DNA from: a virus
IMG/VR virus record: IMGVR_UViG_3300043446_003177
Location: 64,001-128,000 of that record
Direction: 5' to 3' (one strand)
DNA length: 64,000 bases
Position 1 is the first letter of the stretch, and every line of letters starts with the position of its first letter. The position numbers and the translations under genes were made by a program. The notes below the pieces were generated by a model. The model made no database searches, had not been told where the DNA came from, and saw only the letters and a list, made by a program, of their open reading frames with translations. Below, piece by piece: positions 1-10,490 of this stretch.

Positions 1-25
1 TGCTTGTTCTCTTGCATTCAATGAT

Positions 26-382
26 ATGCGAAGTGAAGAGGATATGCGTAAGATTGCTGATGAGTTTGATCTTCTTCTTTCAGAAGACTATCATAAAAAA
101 CTTGTTGAATATGATACTCAACAGGATGAAGATTTGAAGAAAATGGAAGCAGAAATTCGTGACCTGAAAGCTAAGATCTCTCGTCTTGAGAATCCTGAGA
201 ATCCTCAATATACTGATGAGGAAATGGATGCAATGACCTATCAAGAATGGGGGCATTTGATTCCTGGTAGTTATGCTGCTGTTCAAAATGGATGTAAGTG
301 CCCTGTAATGGATAATCAAGAAATGCCTGAGGATCGTAAATGGGTAAATGGTGATTGTCCTCTTCACGGTAAACTGAAATGA
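26..382 (+). CDS. hypothetical protein (coiled coil plus Cys/His-rich C-terminus)
   Basis: ORF overlaps the next start (ATGA); CKCP...CPLH motif. Confidence 0.7.
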   Translation: MRSEEDMRKIADEFDLLLSEDYHKKLVEYDTQQDEDLKKMEAEIRDLKAKISRLENPENPQYTDEEMDAMTYQEWGHLIPGSYAAVQNGCKCPVMDNQEMPEDRKWVNGDCPLHGKLK

Positions 383-840
383 AAGAGTTTGATTACTCTC
401 TTAATTACAAAACTTTAGATTTCTCCAATTCTGATACAAAAAAACTATATAGAATTGGACGCGGAGAGCAGGGAGTCCTCCTTGTGCGCCCATATACCGA
501 AGATATCTGCAAGTATTGGAGGTTCAAGGATGAGACTACTGCTCGCAAATCTGCTGCTAAAATATACGAAATGTTCTGTTCGTACAGCAGGGACAACGAT
601 TTCATTGGTATGGACATGGCCCGCAAATTCCTTGAGATGGGATTTACACGGGCTCGCAGGTATGCGAATCACTCTGACGGAAAAAAATACTCTGAAACTG
701 GTGAGGTACTACCCCAAAGTGCAGATGCACTTACAGGCACAAAAGCAAAAGCAGCAAGAATCTTCAAGGAATATAGAGATTTAGCCGCCTATGATAAGTC
801 CTATGTTAGAATGAGAAAGCAGTGGAGGGCACAAGAATGA
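379..840 (+). CDS. DUF4385-family protein
   Basis: YRIGRGEQGVLLVRPY and DMARKFLEMGFTRARRYANH motifs. Confidence 0.8.
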   Translation: MKEFDYSLNYKTLDFSNSDTKKLYRIGRGEQGVLLVRPYTEDICKYWRFKDETTARKSAAKIYEMFCSYSRDNDFIGMDMARKFLEMGFTRARRYANHSDGKKYSETGEVLPQSADALTGTKAKAARIFKEYRDLAAYDKSYVRMRKQWRAQE

Positions 841-1052
841 TGAAAAAGGGACATCGTGTGTGCTTCATTGGATGTAGCACACATCAGATTAATTGGGGAA
901 ATAATGATGATCCTAATCCAATTTTAACTGAAGGTGAAGTTTATGTGATAGAATCTGTGGATGTACATTCTCAGCATACAAAGATTAAACTTGTAGGCTA
1001 TCCTGGGTGGTTCAATTCAGTATGTTTTCATAGGAGTGAAAATGAAACCTAA
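837..1052 (+). CDS. hypothetical phage protein
   Basis: ATGA coupling with upstream stop; WFNSVCF C-terminus. Confidence 0.65.
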   Translation: MMKKGHRVCFIGCSTHQINWGNNDDPNPILTEGEVYVIESVDVHSQHTKIKLVGYPGWFNSVCFHRSENET

Positions 1053-1224
1053 AACTCGTGTTATTCTTGAAATGGCGATTGAACAAGGCGTTCAACGTGG
1101 TTGGCGTCTTGCTCACAAACATGTAGAGAATCCAGAAGAGCATGTAATCATTGAACGTATCAATGATACTGTGATGTCTGAAATCTATGAATACTTTACT
1201 TTTAGTGAGGAGGAATTTCAATGA
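1042..1224 (+). CDS. hypothetical protein
   Basis: GGAG RBS; coupled to next ORF. Confidence 0.7.
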   Translation: MKPKTRVILEMAIEQGVQRGWRLAHKHVENPEEHVIIERINDTVMSEIYEYFTFSEEEFQ

Positions 1225-1502
1225 GTTTTTCTAAAACAGTTTCTGTTGTTGCTGCACTTGCAAGTATCTTCAGCGTTGGTCTTGCAAGTTGGAAGATTTC
1301 CGAAGACATTAAAAAAGAACAAACTACACCGCTGGAGCAGAAAATTCAAGACCTTGAGAAAAAACTAGAAGAAACTAAGGAACCAATCCAACAACCAATC
1401 ACATCGATTCCTGCTCCCACTAATCTTCCTACTACCACACAAACTCAAGCACCTCAACTTCCTCCGGCATCTCCTCCCCCTCCAGTGGAATCTCAACAAT
1501 GA
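1221..1502 (+). CDS. membrane-anchored protein with coiled coil and Pro-rich tail
   Basis: N-terminal hydrophobic helix; GAGGAGG RBS. Confidence 0.7.
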   Translation: MSFSKTVSVVAALASIFSVGLASWKISEDIKKEQTTPLEQKIQDLEKKLEETKEPIQQPITSIPAPTNLPTTTQTQAPQLPPASPPPPVESQQ

Positions 1503-1765
1503 CTCTTGAAGAAATCATTGAAGAATATGGACAGGAAGTATTAGACACATACTACGAACTTTTTCCAGATAAAGATATTACAAAGTTTGGTGATAGGTTC
1601 TGTGGCCCTGTTGGATCACTTGAAAACTTTGTAGAAGACTGCTATTATTCTACTGGAAGTAATGAGTTGGAAAGTCTAGCAGATTTTGCTTCAGGTGTAT
1701 TTTCTGAATATTATTACTACGACGAAGAAACCTCAACTGGATTTGTATTTTACAATGAGCGATGA
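1499..1765 (+). CDS. acidic hypothetical protein
   Basis: coupled ORF. Confidence 0.65.
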   Translation: MTLEEIIEEYGQEVLDTYYELFPDKDITKFGDRFCGPVGSLENFVEDCYYSTGSNELESLADFASGVFSEYYYYDEETSTGFVFYNER

Positions 1766-2144
1766 TGCGCCCTGGTTAGATTGTATGGATGGATTTATGA
1801 CTCACGAAGAAATGCTTGAAGAAGCAGCACGACGAGAAGCAATCGTAGCAAAAGTATCTGAAGAAGATTACCAGAAAGTCCTGGATGAGGCAGCAAGACA
1901 AAAAGAAGAAAAAGTCCTAGACATCGCAAAAAACATTATGGAGGAAAACAAAGAAGCATTCCAACATCTTGCTGCGATCGAAAGAAAGGAATTTGCAGAG
2001 AAAGATTTTGAAGATCTTACCAGAGATCAAAAGATCCAACTTGCTTTGGAAGAAATTGATTGGATTGTGATTGGTGGGCAAGATGGTCAAGAGTTTTATG
2101 GTTCTATTCAGTTTCTCCGAAAAGTATTGAGGAGTTTGCGATGA
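1755..2144 (+). CDS. hypothetical helical protein
   Basis: in-frame ATG at 1755; coupled to next ORF. Confidence 0.65.
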   Translation: MSDDAPWLDCMDGFMTHEEMLEEAARREAIVAKVSEEDYQKVLDEAARQKEEKVLDIAKNIMEENKEAFQHLAAIERKEFAEKDFEDLTRDQKIQLALEEIDWIVIGGQDGQEFYGSIQFLRKVLRSLR

Positions 2145-2416
2145 CTGATGAAGACCTGAATGCTATAATGATTCATCCAGAGGTTGCAAAATCTATGAGA
2201 GATGAGTATTATGGTATGAGTAAGTGGGAATGGTTTGTTGAAGGTTTCCGTAACATTCATTATATCCTTGATTGTTATGAGACCGTAGAGCATTTCCCTG
2301 ATGACTTCTGGGAAGGATTATCGTGGGGTTGGTGTTGCGAATACATTTATCCTTATGATGACCCTTACAATCCTTGTATTTCACCTGAACGTAAACTGAG
2401 ATTAGGTCGATGGTAA
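2141..2416 (+). CDS. Trp/Tyr-rich hypothetical protein
   Basis: GGAGGAG RBS; ATGA overlap. Confidence 0.65.
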   Translation: MTDEDLNAIMIHPEVAKSMRDEYYGMSKWEWFVEGFRNIHYILDCYETVEHFPDDFWEGLSWGWCCEYIYPYDDPYNPCISPERKLRLGRW

Positions 2417-2739
2417 TCCTCCATAAACTCATACTTAACAATAGATATCTCCGCTACACACCTTTTTGGTGGTGGTGGAGATTGATGTTGCATCATGGTT
2501 TTCGCTTTGATGATTATCACGTTTGGGGATCATTCTGGCATTCTCTCAGTCACGGGTGGGAGCATATGGAATATGTCTATAAGTTTGAAGAGTATTGGGG
2601 TAAGGGTTCTTATCCTCCAGAAAAAATTATTTTATCGAAAGAAGGATTTGATGCACTGGTGGATAAACTCAATGAACCACCACAATATAACGAAAAGATT
2701 GCTAGGGTATTGCAACGTAAAGCGCCATGGGACGAATGA
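2410..2739 (+). CDS. Trp-rich hypothetical protein
   Basis: coupled ORF; C-terminal LNEPPQYNEKIARVLQRKAPW. Confidence 0.65.
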   Translation: MVILHKLILNNRYLRYTPFWWWWRLMLHHGFRFDDYHVWGSFWHSLSHGWEHMEYVYKFEEYWGKGSYPPEKIILSKEGFDALVDKLNEPPQYNEKIARVLQRKAPWDE

Positions 2740-3813
2740 AGCCACTACCTGATAAACTACAACTTGATATTATGTGGGCAGTGGCGACCAGTACCAGTAT
2801 TGAAACTGGTACAAGACCCCACTATGGGTTCGCCAAGATGCTGTATGATGAACTTATGGACATCAAACCTCCTGTGAATCTTGGAGAACTAAAGTGAACT
2901 ACCTTTGCCTTGTTGATGGTGTAGTAGAATATGGGAGCACAAGTCCTTCTGACTTTGCACACTATCAGATGATGTATGCCGAAGACCACCGTGATGCTAA
3001 TGTTCAGTATCTTACTCTGACTGATGAAGAGTATGATGAAATGTTCCCTTATGAGGAAGAAGAATGACTTACACCATCACCAAACACATTCAAATCGAAC
3101 ACGAAGAAGATGGTTGGAGTTTTGATTTCACTGCTGATGAACTTGGGACTGTGAGTATAGAGGATGGTAATGGGCCAGGATATCAAACTATTCACATTCC
3201 CAAAGATTGTATTCAACACTTTATTGATGTTCTGGAGCAATACAAATGACTTACGATGAACTCTACGATCATGTGGTAAAATATGTTGCTATGCCACATA
3301 CTACTATCACAGTTCACGATCAACGCCGTGCCTGTTTAATTCTTGGTGCTTTTATGGAGTTTATTCTTGATTGTCAGGATGCTGGTATTGATTTGAACAC
3401 GATTGATACTACTGGTATTGTGAATATGAAACTTGATGAACTGGAGGGTAAGTAATGCCGTTCTTTCCCGACTGCTATGACGAGTGGGGACTCTACAAGA
3501 TTACCTATGATGGAGACCATAAGATGTATGAAATGTTGTATGAGGGAACTGAAGAAGAGTGTCGTCAATATGCTTATGATAACTACACCGATAAAGAACA
3601 GGGTGAAATGTGCCTGATGGATTGGGAAGCTAGGGAGTGGGATGTATGAATAAACCACAAAAGTTTAAACATATCTCTCGTGCTATTGATAAGCATGGAG
3701 TTCATCACCTTGATGCTATTGACGATGAAGGTCGTCACTGGTATGCTACCATGAGGCAAAAGGAAGAACTCTGGCTCACCTATGTTCAACACTGGACTTT
3801 GAAGACTCACTGA
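2736..3813 (+). other. six coupled small hypothetical ORFs (2736-2897, 2894-3067, 3064-3249, 3246-3455, 3455-3649, 3646-3813)
   Basis: consecutive ATGA/GTGA/TAATG start-stop overlaps; hand translation. Confidence 0.65.
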
Positions 3814-4109
3814 TGACTAAAGAAATTGACATCTCAAAAGTCCTCATAGAAGGAGACACCGCAACCATTATGGGTGTGAAGTATAAGAGAGTGGATGAAC
3901 CACCAAAAACACTCACAGACATTATTGTTCGTTGGTGGGGAGACTCGGAAACACAAGACAAAGATCCTATTATTACTGACCTTGTAGATGATATTGAGAA
4001 GTGGTTGCCGAAAGAACAATCTGCTGCTGGTTCTCAAAATGTTTATGTGGAATGCACCGTAGAAGGTTTCAACGACGCAATCAACAAAATTAAGAGGAAA
4101 CTGCGATGA
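3813..4109 (+). CDS. hypothetical protein
   Basis: TGATG coupling. Confidence 0.65.
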   Translation: MTKEIDISKVLIEGDTATIMGVKYKRVDEPPKTLTDIIVRWWGDSETQDKDPIITDLVDDIEKWLPKEQSAAGSQNVYVECTVEGFNDAINKIKRKLR

Positions 4110-5256
4110 GTAGATTTACAGAAAACCCAGACGAAATCGTACTTCAAGACATTCAAATGTTTCATCTGGAAAGTATGAATGAACGCACACTTTGGATTGG
4201 TGTATATACTGAAGATGATAAAATCTATCACTTGAATATTTCTGCGGATGGTGATAAACTGAAGTACTATTGGAGTAATGAGACCTGTGACTGACGAACA
4301 AAAACTTACATTTTTACTCAATGAACTTAAACTTCTAGCAAGAAAAACACATTGTTATGATGGAAGAGGTGGAGACAATCTCTATTATTACACAGATGAC
4401 CACGATGCAACATTTGATGATGGGAGTCAATATGGTTTGGTTTCATTTGCTCGCAGCATCCTAGAAAGTATGGGTGAGACTTATGACCACTAGAGCCCTA
4501 CAAATCCTAGAATCAACGATGGAGTTGTCTATGAGACCCAAAAGTGGCGATAGACAGAAGTTGATTGCTCGTGTGATTCGTGAGGTTGCTGATCGTTTAT
4601 GCACTGATTGTGGAGAACTTGAAGACCCCATTGAGATTTTGCGTGAAATTGCTGATGAGGTAGAAGCACTATGAGAGACCTTGATCGTGCTATGCTACTT
4701 GGTGTAGTGTTGGGTATGATATTCCTTTCACTGTTTTATATAATGAAACCAGATACTAAAAACCAACCAGAAACTCCAAAGTCTAACTTCACGGTAGTTG
4801 ATAAATATGAGAACTGTGATGTAGTTCAATGGTCTTATGGTGGTCTTGCTGACTACAAATACTTTTTGTATTGCCCTAAATGAATCTTACTGAAAAAGAA
4901 AAAATATATCATAATATATGGTGTTGTGCATATCAACGTAGATATAATGCAAAATGTAAAGGTGATTGGGAATTGTATGATCGTGAACATCAAACTTTAC
5001 TAATGTGTCTTAGAATAGCAAAGTGGACTAAATTTGATAGCGAAGAACCACATTATCTAAAATGACTCAAATCTTTAAACAAACTTCTGATGAACCTTAT
5101 ATTCGTCATCACTATAAATTGGTGTTTGAAGATGGTAAATCCATAATTTTTGATAACTATGAAGATGTTCAAGTAACTTGGTTTAAAACTGCAGGTCAGT
5201 TTTTAAGTCACATTGAGGTTCTAGATATTAAAGAAAAAAAGAGAGGATTTATTTAA
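4106..5256 (+). other. six coupled small hypothetical ORFs (4106-4294, 4278-4493, 4483-4674, 4671-4883 with TM helix, 4880-5065, 5062-5256)
   Basis: overlapping start/stop codons; ORF track. Confidence 0.65.
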
Positions 5257-5520
5257 ATGAATTTGTTCAACTTTAAACATCGTGAAGACTTTGGGCACGA
5301 ATGGTATGTTCAGGTTTTGAATGTAAAGAATTGGAGTTTGCTTCAAGCATCCGTAAGTTGGAATGATTATCCTGGATGGCCTTATATTCAAATCAAATCG
5401 GGTACAGGATCTACTTTGAGTATTCTATTCTGGGCTTATAAGTTTGGTTTTGATATTGGAATAATTGAACGCACTTGGAAATGGGATTATAGAAATGAGC
5501 AAGAAACTGAACTGGTTTGA
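5257..5520 (+). CDS. hypothetical beta-rich protein
   Basis: abuts upstream stop; GAGG RBS. Confidence 0.65.
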   Translation: MNLFNFKHREDFGHEWYVQVLNVKNWSLLQASVSWNDYPGWPYIQIKSGTGSTLSILFWAYKFGFDIGIIERTWKWDYRNEQETELV

Positions 5521-5836
5521 GTATTACTTTGGTCACTGCTTCCAAACTGGCTGGAGAGAGATCTGGAATAACTTTAAGATGTGGAGAGATCTCATCAGTG
5601 GAAACTATGAGAACTATGCCCTACTAAAAGATGACGATCCTTATGAAGAATGCTATAATTGGTTCTGGACAAGTATCAATCTTGATGAAACATATCCCAA
5701 AGAGTTTCTTGAGTATCTGATGGAAATGTGTGATAGAATTGATCGTGGTGAAGAAAAATTGATTCCAATGGATCTTGAAAAACTTCATGAAATTAGTGAA
5801 CTTTTGGATGATGAATTAGATGATGACGATCTTTGA
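5495..5836 (+). CDS. Trp-rich acidic hypothetical protein
   Basis: ATG at 5495; resembles 2141-2416 and 2410-2739. Confidence 0.65.
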   Translation: MSKKLNWFEYYFGHCFQTGWREIWNNFKMWRDLISGNYENYALLKDDDPYEECYNWFWTSINLDETYPKEFLEYLMEMCDRIDRGEEKLIPMDLEKLHEISELLDDELDDDDL

Positions 5837-6014
5837 TATGATGCATGATGAACAACATTATGGTTGGGTTGTAGATAAACGCTACGACTGGATCAATATG
5901 TTGAATAAGATGCAAAAAAATAATCCAAGACGATTTAAAGAGTTTCAGTATTCGCAAGAGACAATTTACCATCACCTAGATAGATTGCAACAGGAACAAA
6001 ATCTTTACGACTAA
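5823..6014 (+). CDS. hypothetical protein
   Basis: TAATG coupling to next gene. Confidence 0.6.
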   Translation: MTIFDMMHDEQHYGWVVDKRYDWINMLNKMQKNNPRRFKEFQYSQETIYHHLDRLQQEQNLYD

Positions 6015-6490
6015 TGAGCGAAGTAACTTTTAAGAAGCACAGAGTATTCCGTGAGACACAATCAGTTATCTTTTATGATATTTCTGTGGAAGGATCTAAT
6101 GCATCAGACCTCGTGGTTCACGAAGGTCCTGCTATTAGTCCTCCTGATGATATTGTAGGGGCAAAACAGTTTTATATTCATTATCATCAGGTAGACCATA
6201 ATCGTGTTCTGCAGGGTATCCGTACATTTGAACTGGTCAATCCTGAGTGGAGGTATCCTTATCACATTGTTCATCTTAATCGTAGTTCTGGTGCTCTGGT
6301 CATTCCTCAAAGAACATATCATCGCTCCTGGTCAGGTGAAGAAGGATCTATTGTAATTAATCAAGCAATTAGAGATGATAAATTTGATGATAAGACTGAG
6401 TTTATCCCTGTCTCAGCAGCACAGAATGAAGACCTGTATCGCATCCTAGCACACGAAAAACCAGTCATTCATACACTTGGGGAAATGTGA
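6014..6490 (+). CDS. RmlC-like cupin (sugar-nucleotide epimerase-like)
   Basis: HYHQVD...G.RTFEL and LVIP..TYHR cupin motifs. Confidence 0.65.
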   Translation: MSEVTFKKHRVFRETQSVIFYDISVEGSNASDLVVHEGPAISPPDDIVGAKQFYIHYHQVDHNRVLQGIRTFELVNPEWRYPYHIVHLNRSSGALVIPQRTYHRSWSGEEGSIVINQAIRDDKFDDKTEFIPVSAAQNEDLYRILAHEKPVIHTLGEM

Positions 6491-6660
6491 TGGAAGGATT
6501 TAATGATTGGTTTTATGAGATGGAAGGTTATGGTTTTCGTGCAGAACGTTTTTGGAGCGATTATGATGCTAAAGATCAAATTGCTATGATGGAATGGTTG
6601 AGAACTGCCTATCGAATGGGATATGAAGAAGGACAACGACTTTATGGGGGAACAGAATGA
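6490..6660 (+). CDS. hypothetical protein
   Basis: hand-translated ORF MEGFNDWFYEMEG, coupled on both sides. Confidence 0.6.
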   Translation: MEGFNDWFYEMEGYGFRAERFWSDYDAKDQIAMMEWLRTAYRMGYEEGQRLYGGTE

Positions 6661-6992
6661 CTATAGTTGAAAGACCTTGGGGCACATTTGAAACTTTATA
6701 TGAGTCAGATTCGTATAAAGTAAAGAAAATTTGTCTAAATTCTGAGCAATCATTTTCATTACAATATCATAAGAATCGTCATGAGGACTGGATTATTGTT
6801 GAAGGTGATGGTATAATTAATGATGGTTGGAAAGTTAGAAACTGTATCGTGGGGGATAGATTTCATATTCCTCCAAAAAACATTCATCGAGCTACAGCAG
6901 GACCAGATGGATTAGTTTTCATTGAGGTGCAGCGTGGAGTCTGTGATGAATCTGATATTGTTCGTATAGAAGATGATTATGGACGATCTTAA
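6657..6992 (+). CDS. mannose-6-phosphate isomerase type II C-terminal cupin domain
   Basis: ERPWG, SLQYH..R.E.W, IEVQRG, DIVRIEDDYGR. Confidence 0.85.
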   Translation: MTIVERPWGTFETLYESDSYKVKKICLNSEQSFSLQYHKNRHEDWIIVEGDGIINDGWKVRNCIVGDRFHIPPKNIHRATAGPDGLVFIEVQRGVCDESDIVRIEDDYGRS

Positions 6993-7173
6993 AAAAACAG
7001 AGTCTACTGAGTTTCCTTATGAAAAATTTAATATAAAATTATTTCATACAGATGGGAAAGAAAAGAGAGTTTGTTATTTTGAGTGTGACGCTCATTTAAA
7101 AAAATACATAAGTCGTTACAATTTGAAGAAAAAAGACATTAAAATCTTGATTAAAGAGGATAAAAATGACTAA
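6979..7173 (+). CDS. hypothetical cyanophage protein
   Basis: VCYFECDAHLKKYISRY motif. Confidence 0.65.
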   Translation: MDDLKKTESTEFPYEKFNIKLFHTDGKEKRVCYFECDAHLKKYISRYNLKKKDIKILIKEDKND

Positions 7174-7265
7174 AAGAACTTATACTCAAAAAGATGGGAC
7201 TATTTGGGAATGGGAAGAAACACCAGAACTAATTAAAATTTTAGAACAACTTCATAAAGAAAAAA

Positions 7266-8078
7266 ATGATTGAGAATGTTGGAATAATTGGTAATGGTTT
7301 TGTAGGGAACGCTCTCTACGAAAACTTTAGATATCGAACTCCAACAAGAGTTTATGATATTGATTCAAACAAATCTAAACATACCTATGAGCAGGTTTTG
7401 GCTGCAGATGTAGTTTTTGTTTGCTTACCAACGCCAATGATGGAAAATGGAGAATGTAATGTAAAGTACATATGGAAGTTCTTTGAAGAAGTTCCTCTTC
7501 ATACTCCTTGTTTATTTGTAATCAAATCAACTGTTCCTATTGGGACAACTGATCAGATTATTAACTTCAGAACAGATTTAAACATTCTTCATAACCCAGA
7601 GTTTCTAACTGCAGAAAATGCACAAAGAGATTTCTTCAATTGTGATAGGAATGTGATTGGTGGAGATTCTTATTATTCCAACTCTTTAAAGGAATTTTTA
7701 TATAAAGTATTTCCCGAGTGGGAAGAAAAAAATGTTCCATGCTATCTGGTACAAGCAAAAGAATCTGAAATGATTAAATACTTCTCAAATTCTTTCTTAG
7801 CCGTCAAGATTGCATATTTTAATCATGTCTACCAAACATGCAAGTTCTTTAATGGGGATTATGATGTAGTTAGGACTGCAATTGGTGAAGATAAAAGAAT
7901 TGGAACATCTCACACTAAAGTTCCTGGTCCAGATGGGCAACTTGGGTTTGGTGGATTTTGCTTTCCAAAAGATATTAACGCTCTAATTCATACGTTAAAA
8001 CAATGTAACATTGACGCCTCTTTACTTGAGGCGTCTTGGGAGTATAATACCAGAGTACGAGAAGAATTCAATTCATGA
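7266..8078 (+). CDS. ugd: UDP-glucose/GDP-mannose dehydrogenase (lacks C-terminal domain)
   Basis: GNGFVG Rossmann motif, CLPTP, KSTVP, NPEFL, GFGGFCFPKD catalytic motif. Confidence 0.85.
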   Translation: MIENVGIIGNGFVGNALYENFRYRTPTRVYDIDSNKSKHTYEQVLAADVVFVCLPTPMMENGECNVKYIWKFFEEVPLHTPCLFVIKSTVPIGTTDQIINFRTDLNILHNPEFLTAENAQRDFFNCDRNVIGGDSYYSNSLKEFLYKVFPEWEEKNVPCYLVQAKESEMIKYFSNSFLAVKIAYFNHVYQTCKFFNGDYDVVRTAIGEDKRIGTSHTKVPGPDGQLGFGGFCFPKDINALIHTLKQCNIDASLLEASWEYNTRVREEFNS

Positions 8079-8587
8079 ACATCTTTGTAACGTCACCGTG
8101 GCCTGCTGAAAGTGCTGTATGCCTTCCCGATAAACACATCGTCAAGATGCCTTTGGAATGCTGCCAAATGCTTTCTATTGTCGGATCTGAAAAGTGGGGT
8201 CATAACTACGGCACTCTCCCTAAGACTGATGGTACTCCCTACAGAACTGAAAAGGGTGCGTTTCGTAATCATCCCTGTACCAAATGGGCAATGGATAGTA
8301 TCAACAATGCCTATTGGTTGATTAAATGGGGAATGAATTTGTGTGATGAATATGCGCTAAGATACAATAAAATACACTCTTGCTATTCAACTTTGGTTCA
8401 TGCGTATTATATCTTCCCAAAAGGAAAAATTAATAAAGTAACTCCATTTGCCCGTGCGATGCCAGATGAATATAAATTTGACACAAGCATTGACACTTTT
8501 ACTGCTTACAAAATGTATATCGCATCCAAACCTTGGGTTGCATCTAATTATCTTCGTATGCCAGAGAGGAAACCAGAATGGATCTAA
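8075..8587 (+). CDS. pyrimidine-dimer DNA glycosylase / endonuclease V-like protein
   Basis: MNIF...DKHIVKMPLECCQML and NHPCTKW motifs. Confidence 0.75.
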   Translation: MNIFVTSPWPAESAVCLPDKHIVKMPLECCQMLSIVGSEKWGHNYGTLPKTDGTPYRTEKGAFRNHPCTKWAMDSINNAYWLIKWGMNLCDEYALRYNKIHSCYSTLVHAYYIFPKGKINKVTPFARAMPDEYKFDTSIDTFTAYKMYIASKPWVASNYLRMPERKPEWI

Positions 8588-8723
8588 GATATCACGTTCT
8601 TGACCCAACAACTCCTTGGTATGAGTTCTTATCATATCAAGAGTGTTGTTGGTCTTTGGGAGTTCCTGTTCGTTTGGGATCTTTCATGCGATATAATGCT
8701 TATCTAAAATCTGTAGGTGTATC

Positions 8724-8951
8724 ATGACTGATCCACATTGGTTTAAAAAGAAGTGGGGACTTGAGGATCCCGTATTAATTGATAAAGTATATGAAAGACT
8801 TGTTGATCTTGAGGAAAGAGTTAAATCTTTGGAAAAAGAAAACATAGAAACTACAAATGCATTGTATGAGATTGAAAACAGATTACAAGCAAAGATTGAC
8901 AATATACACCCCGTAACCTATAATTTACAAAACTATTCATTGGACAAATGA
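8724..8951 (+). CDS. coiled-coil hypothetical protein
   Basis: ORF coupled to petF. Confidence 0.65.
   Translation: MTDPHWFKKKWGLEDPVLIDKVYERLVDLEERVKSLEKENIETTNALYEIENRLQAKIDNIHPVTYNLQNYSLDK
8896..8924 (+). promoter_or_regulatory. consensus sigma70 promoter for petF
   Basis: TTGACA-17-TATAAT exact. Confidence 0.85.
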
Positions 8952-9238
8952 CTTTTAATGTAACTCTCCGTACTCCTGACGGTTCCGAAACCACTATTCA
9001 GTGCCCTGCAGATACTTACATTCTTGATGCTGCAGAGGAAGCTGGAGTCGATCTTCCCTATTCTTGTCGTGCAGGAGCATGTAGTTCTTGCGCTGGTAAA
9101 GTAATCGAAGGAACAGTAGACAATGAAGATCAAACATTCCTTGATGATGACCAAGTTGCAGATGGTTTCATTCTAACTTGCACTGCCTATCCTACTAGCG
9201 ATTGTGTGATTCTGACTGAGCAAGAGGAAAACCTGTGA
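8948..9238 (+). CDS. petF: plant-type [2Fe-2S] ferredoxin
   Basis: [16 protein letters not shown]...LTC. Confidence 0.97.
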   Translation: MTFNVTLRTPDGSETTIQCPADTYILDAAEEAGVDLPYSCRAGACSSCAGKVIEGTVDNEDQTFLDDDQVADGFILTCTAYPTSDCVILTEQEENL

Positions 9239-9501
9239 CTGCTGGAATGTTGGGGCAGTTTGCTCTTGCCCTTGAAAAACTTGGATGGGACGCCAATGAT
9301 GAACTCTCTGTTGAGATTGGTGGCGTAGCAGTAACAGGAACTGCTAGTCATCCAGATGCAAATGCAAAGTGGGCGAAACCATTTGGAACCGTAACATATC
9401 AGAACGACGCTTTTATTGTTATCAAGAACAAAACCAGAAGTCCTATGGTATTCTCCCAACCAAATCCCGAACTCAAACAACAACATCCTTATCAAAAGTA
9501 A
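9235..9501 (+). CDS. conserved cyanophage hypothetical protein
   Basis: GTG start coupled to petF; GAGG RBS. Confidence 0.7.
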   Translation: MTAGMLGQFALALEKLGWDANDELSVEIGGVAVTGTASHPDANAKWAKPFGTVTYQNDAFIVIKNKTRSPMVFSQPNPELKQQHPYQK

Positions 9502-9686
9502 TGTACGATCTAGACTGTTTTGAAAAAGCACTGGCACACTTCGGAACCCGTGTAGATATTATTATCGCCCTTGAAATGGGCGATAAAATTGATTCTGATA
9601 GTGCCTATAAAATGATCAAAGAAGAGTTGAAACAACTCAAAAAGATTCGTAAAAAATATAAGGATGATGGGTGTGATGAGTGCTGA
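9501..9686 (+). CDS. hypothetical protein
   Basis: TAATG coupling. Confidence 0.65.
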   Translation: MYDLDCFEKALAHFGTRVDIIIALEMGDKIDSDSAYKMIKEELKQLKKIRKKYKDDGCDEC

Positions 9687-9846
9687 TAGTTTTAAAGTAA
9701 CACAAAATACCGATGGTACATTTACTATCGAATGGGATGAGAAAGATCCTAAGTACGAGTTTCTGAATCACTTGACGGAAGATCAAATTAAGGATATTAT
9801 AATGAAAAATGTTGAATTTTATCTAAATCAAAATAAAGGAGAATAG
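9676..9846 (+). CDS. hypothetical protein
   Basis: NTDGTFTIEWD motif. Confidence 0.6.
   Translation: MSADSFKVTQNTDGTFTIEWDEKDPKYEFLNHLTEDQIKDIIMKNVEFYLNQNKGE
9772..9800 (+). promoter_or_regulatory. sigma70-like promoter for the FkbM gene
   Basis: TTGACG-17-TATTAT. Confidence 0.6.
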
Positions 9847-9848
9847 AA

Positions 9849-10478
9849 ATGTTATTGGATTATGCCTCTGTAGTCAACCAGTTTAAAGTGAACGTGACTG
9901 GAATTATCCATGTCGGTGGCCACATTGGTGAAGAACTAAAGACATACAAAAAGCATAATGTCCCTAATTTGATCGTCTTTGAACCACAAAAACCTTGTTT
10001 TGACTTACTCAAAAAAGAAGCAGATTCTCTTGAGTTTGAAAACATTCAATTAGTTAATAAAGCACTTGGTAGTGACTTTGGGACTGTTGTGATGTACTGT
10101 AATATTCCAGATGGTTTGTGTAGTTCTGTACTAAAACCAAAAGAAGTTTATAAATTAGATCCAAATTTTGATTTCTCAATCAGAGAAGAAGTTGAAATGG
10201 TAACCCTAGATTCAGTCATCGAAGAGGATCATAACTATAACTTCTTAAACATGGACACTCAAGGATATGAGTTGGAAGTTTTGAAGGGAGCTACAAAAAC
10301 ACTGGAAAAAATTGACTATGTGTATACAGAAATCAATAGTGTTGAGTTGTATGAGGGTTGTCCGATGGTAGAAGATCTTGATACATACCTAGAGAGTTAT
10401 AATTTTGTTAGAGTTAAAACTGGATGGGGTCACCCAACCTGGGGTGATGCTTTCTACGTTAAAGATCATTTAATTTAA
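9849..10478 (+). CDS. FkbM-family methyltransferase
   Basis: IHVGGHIG, FEP, MDTQGYELEVLKGA, WGDAFY. Confidence 0.9.
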   Translation: MLLDYASVVNQFKVNVTGIIHVGGHIGEELKTYKKHNVPNLIVFEPQKPCFDLLKKEADSLEFENIQLVNKALGSDFGTVVMYCNIPDGLCSSVLKPKEVYKLDPNFDFSIREEVEMVTLDSVIEEDHNYNFLNMDTQGYELEVLKGATKTLEKIDYVYTEINSVELYEGCPMVEDLDTYLESYNFVRVKTGWGHPTWGDAFYVKDHLI

Positions 10479-10490
10479 GATAAAGAAAAA

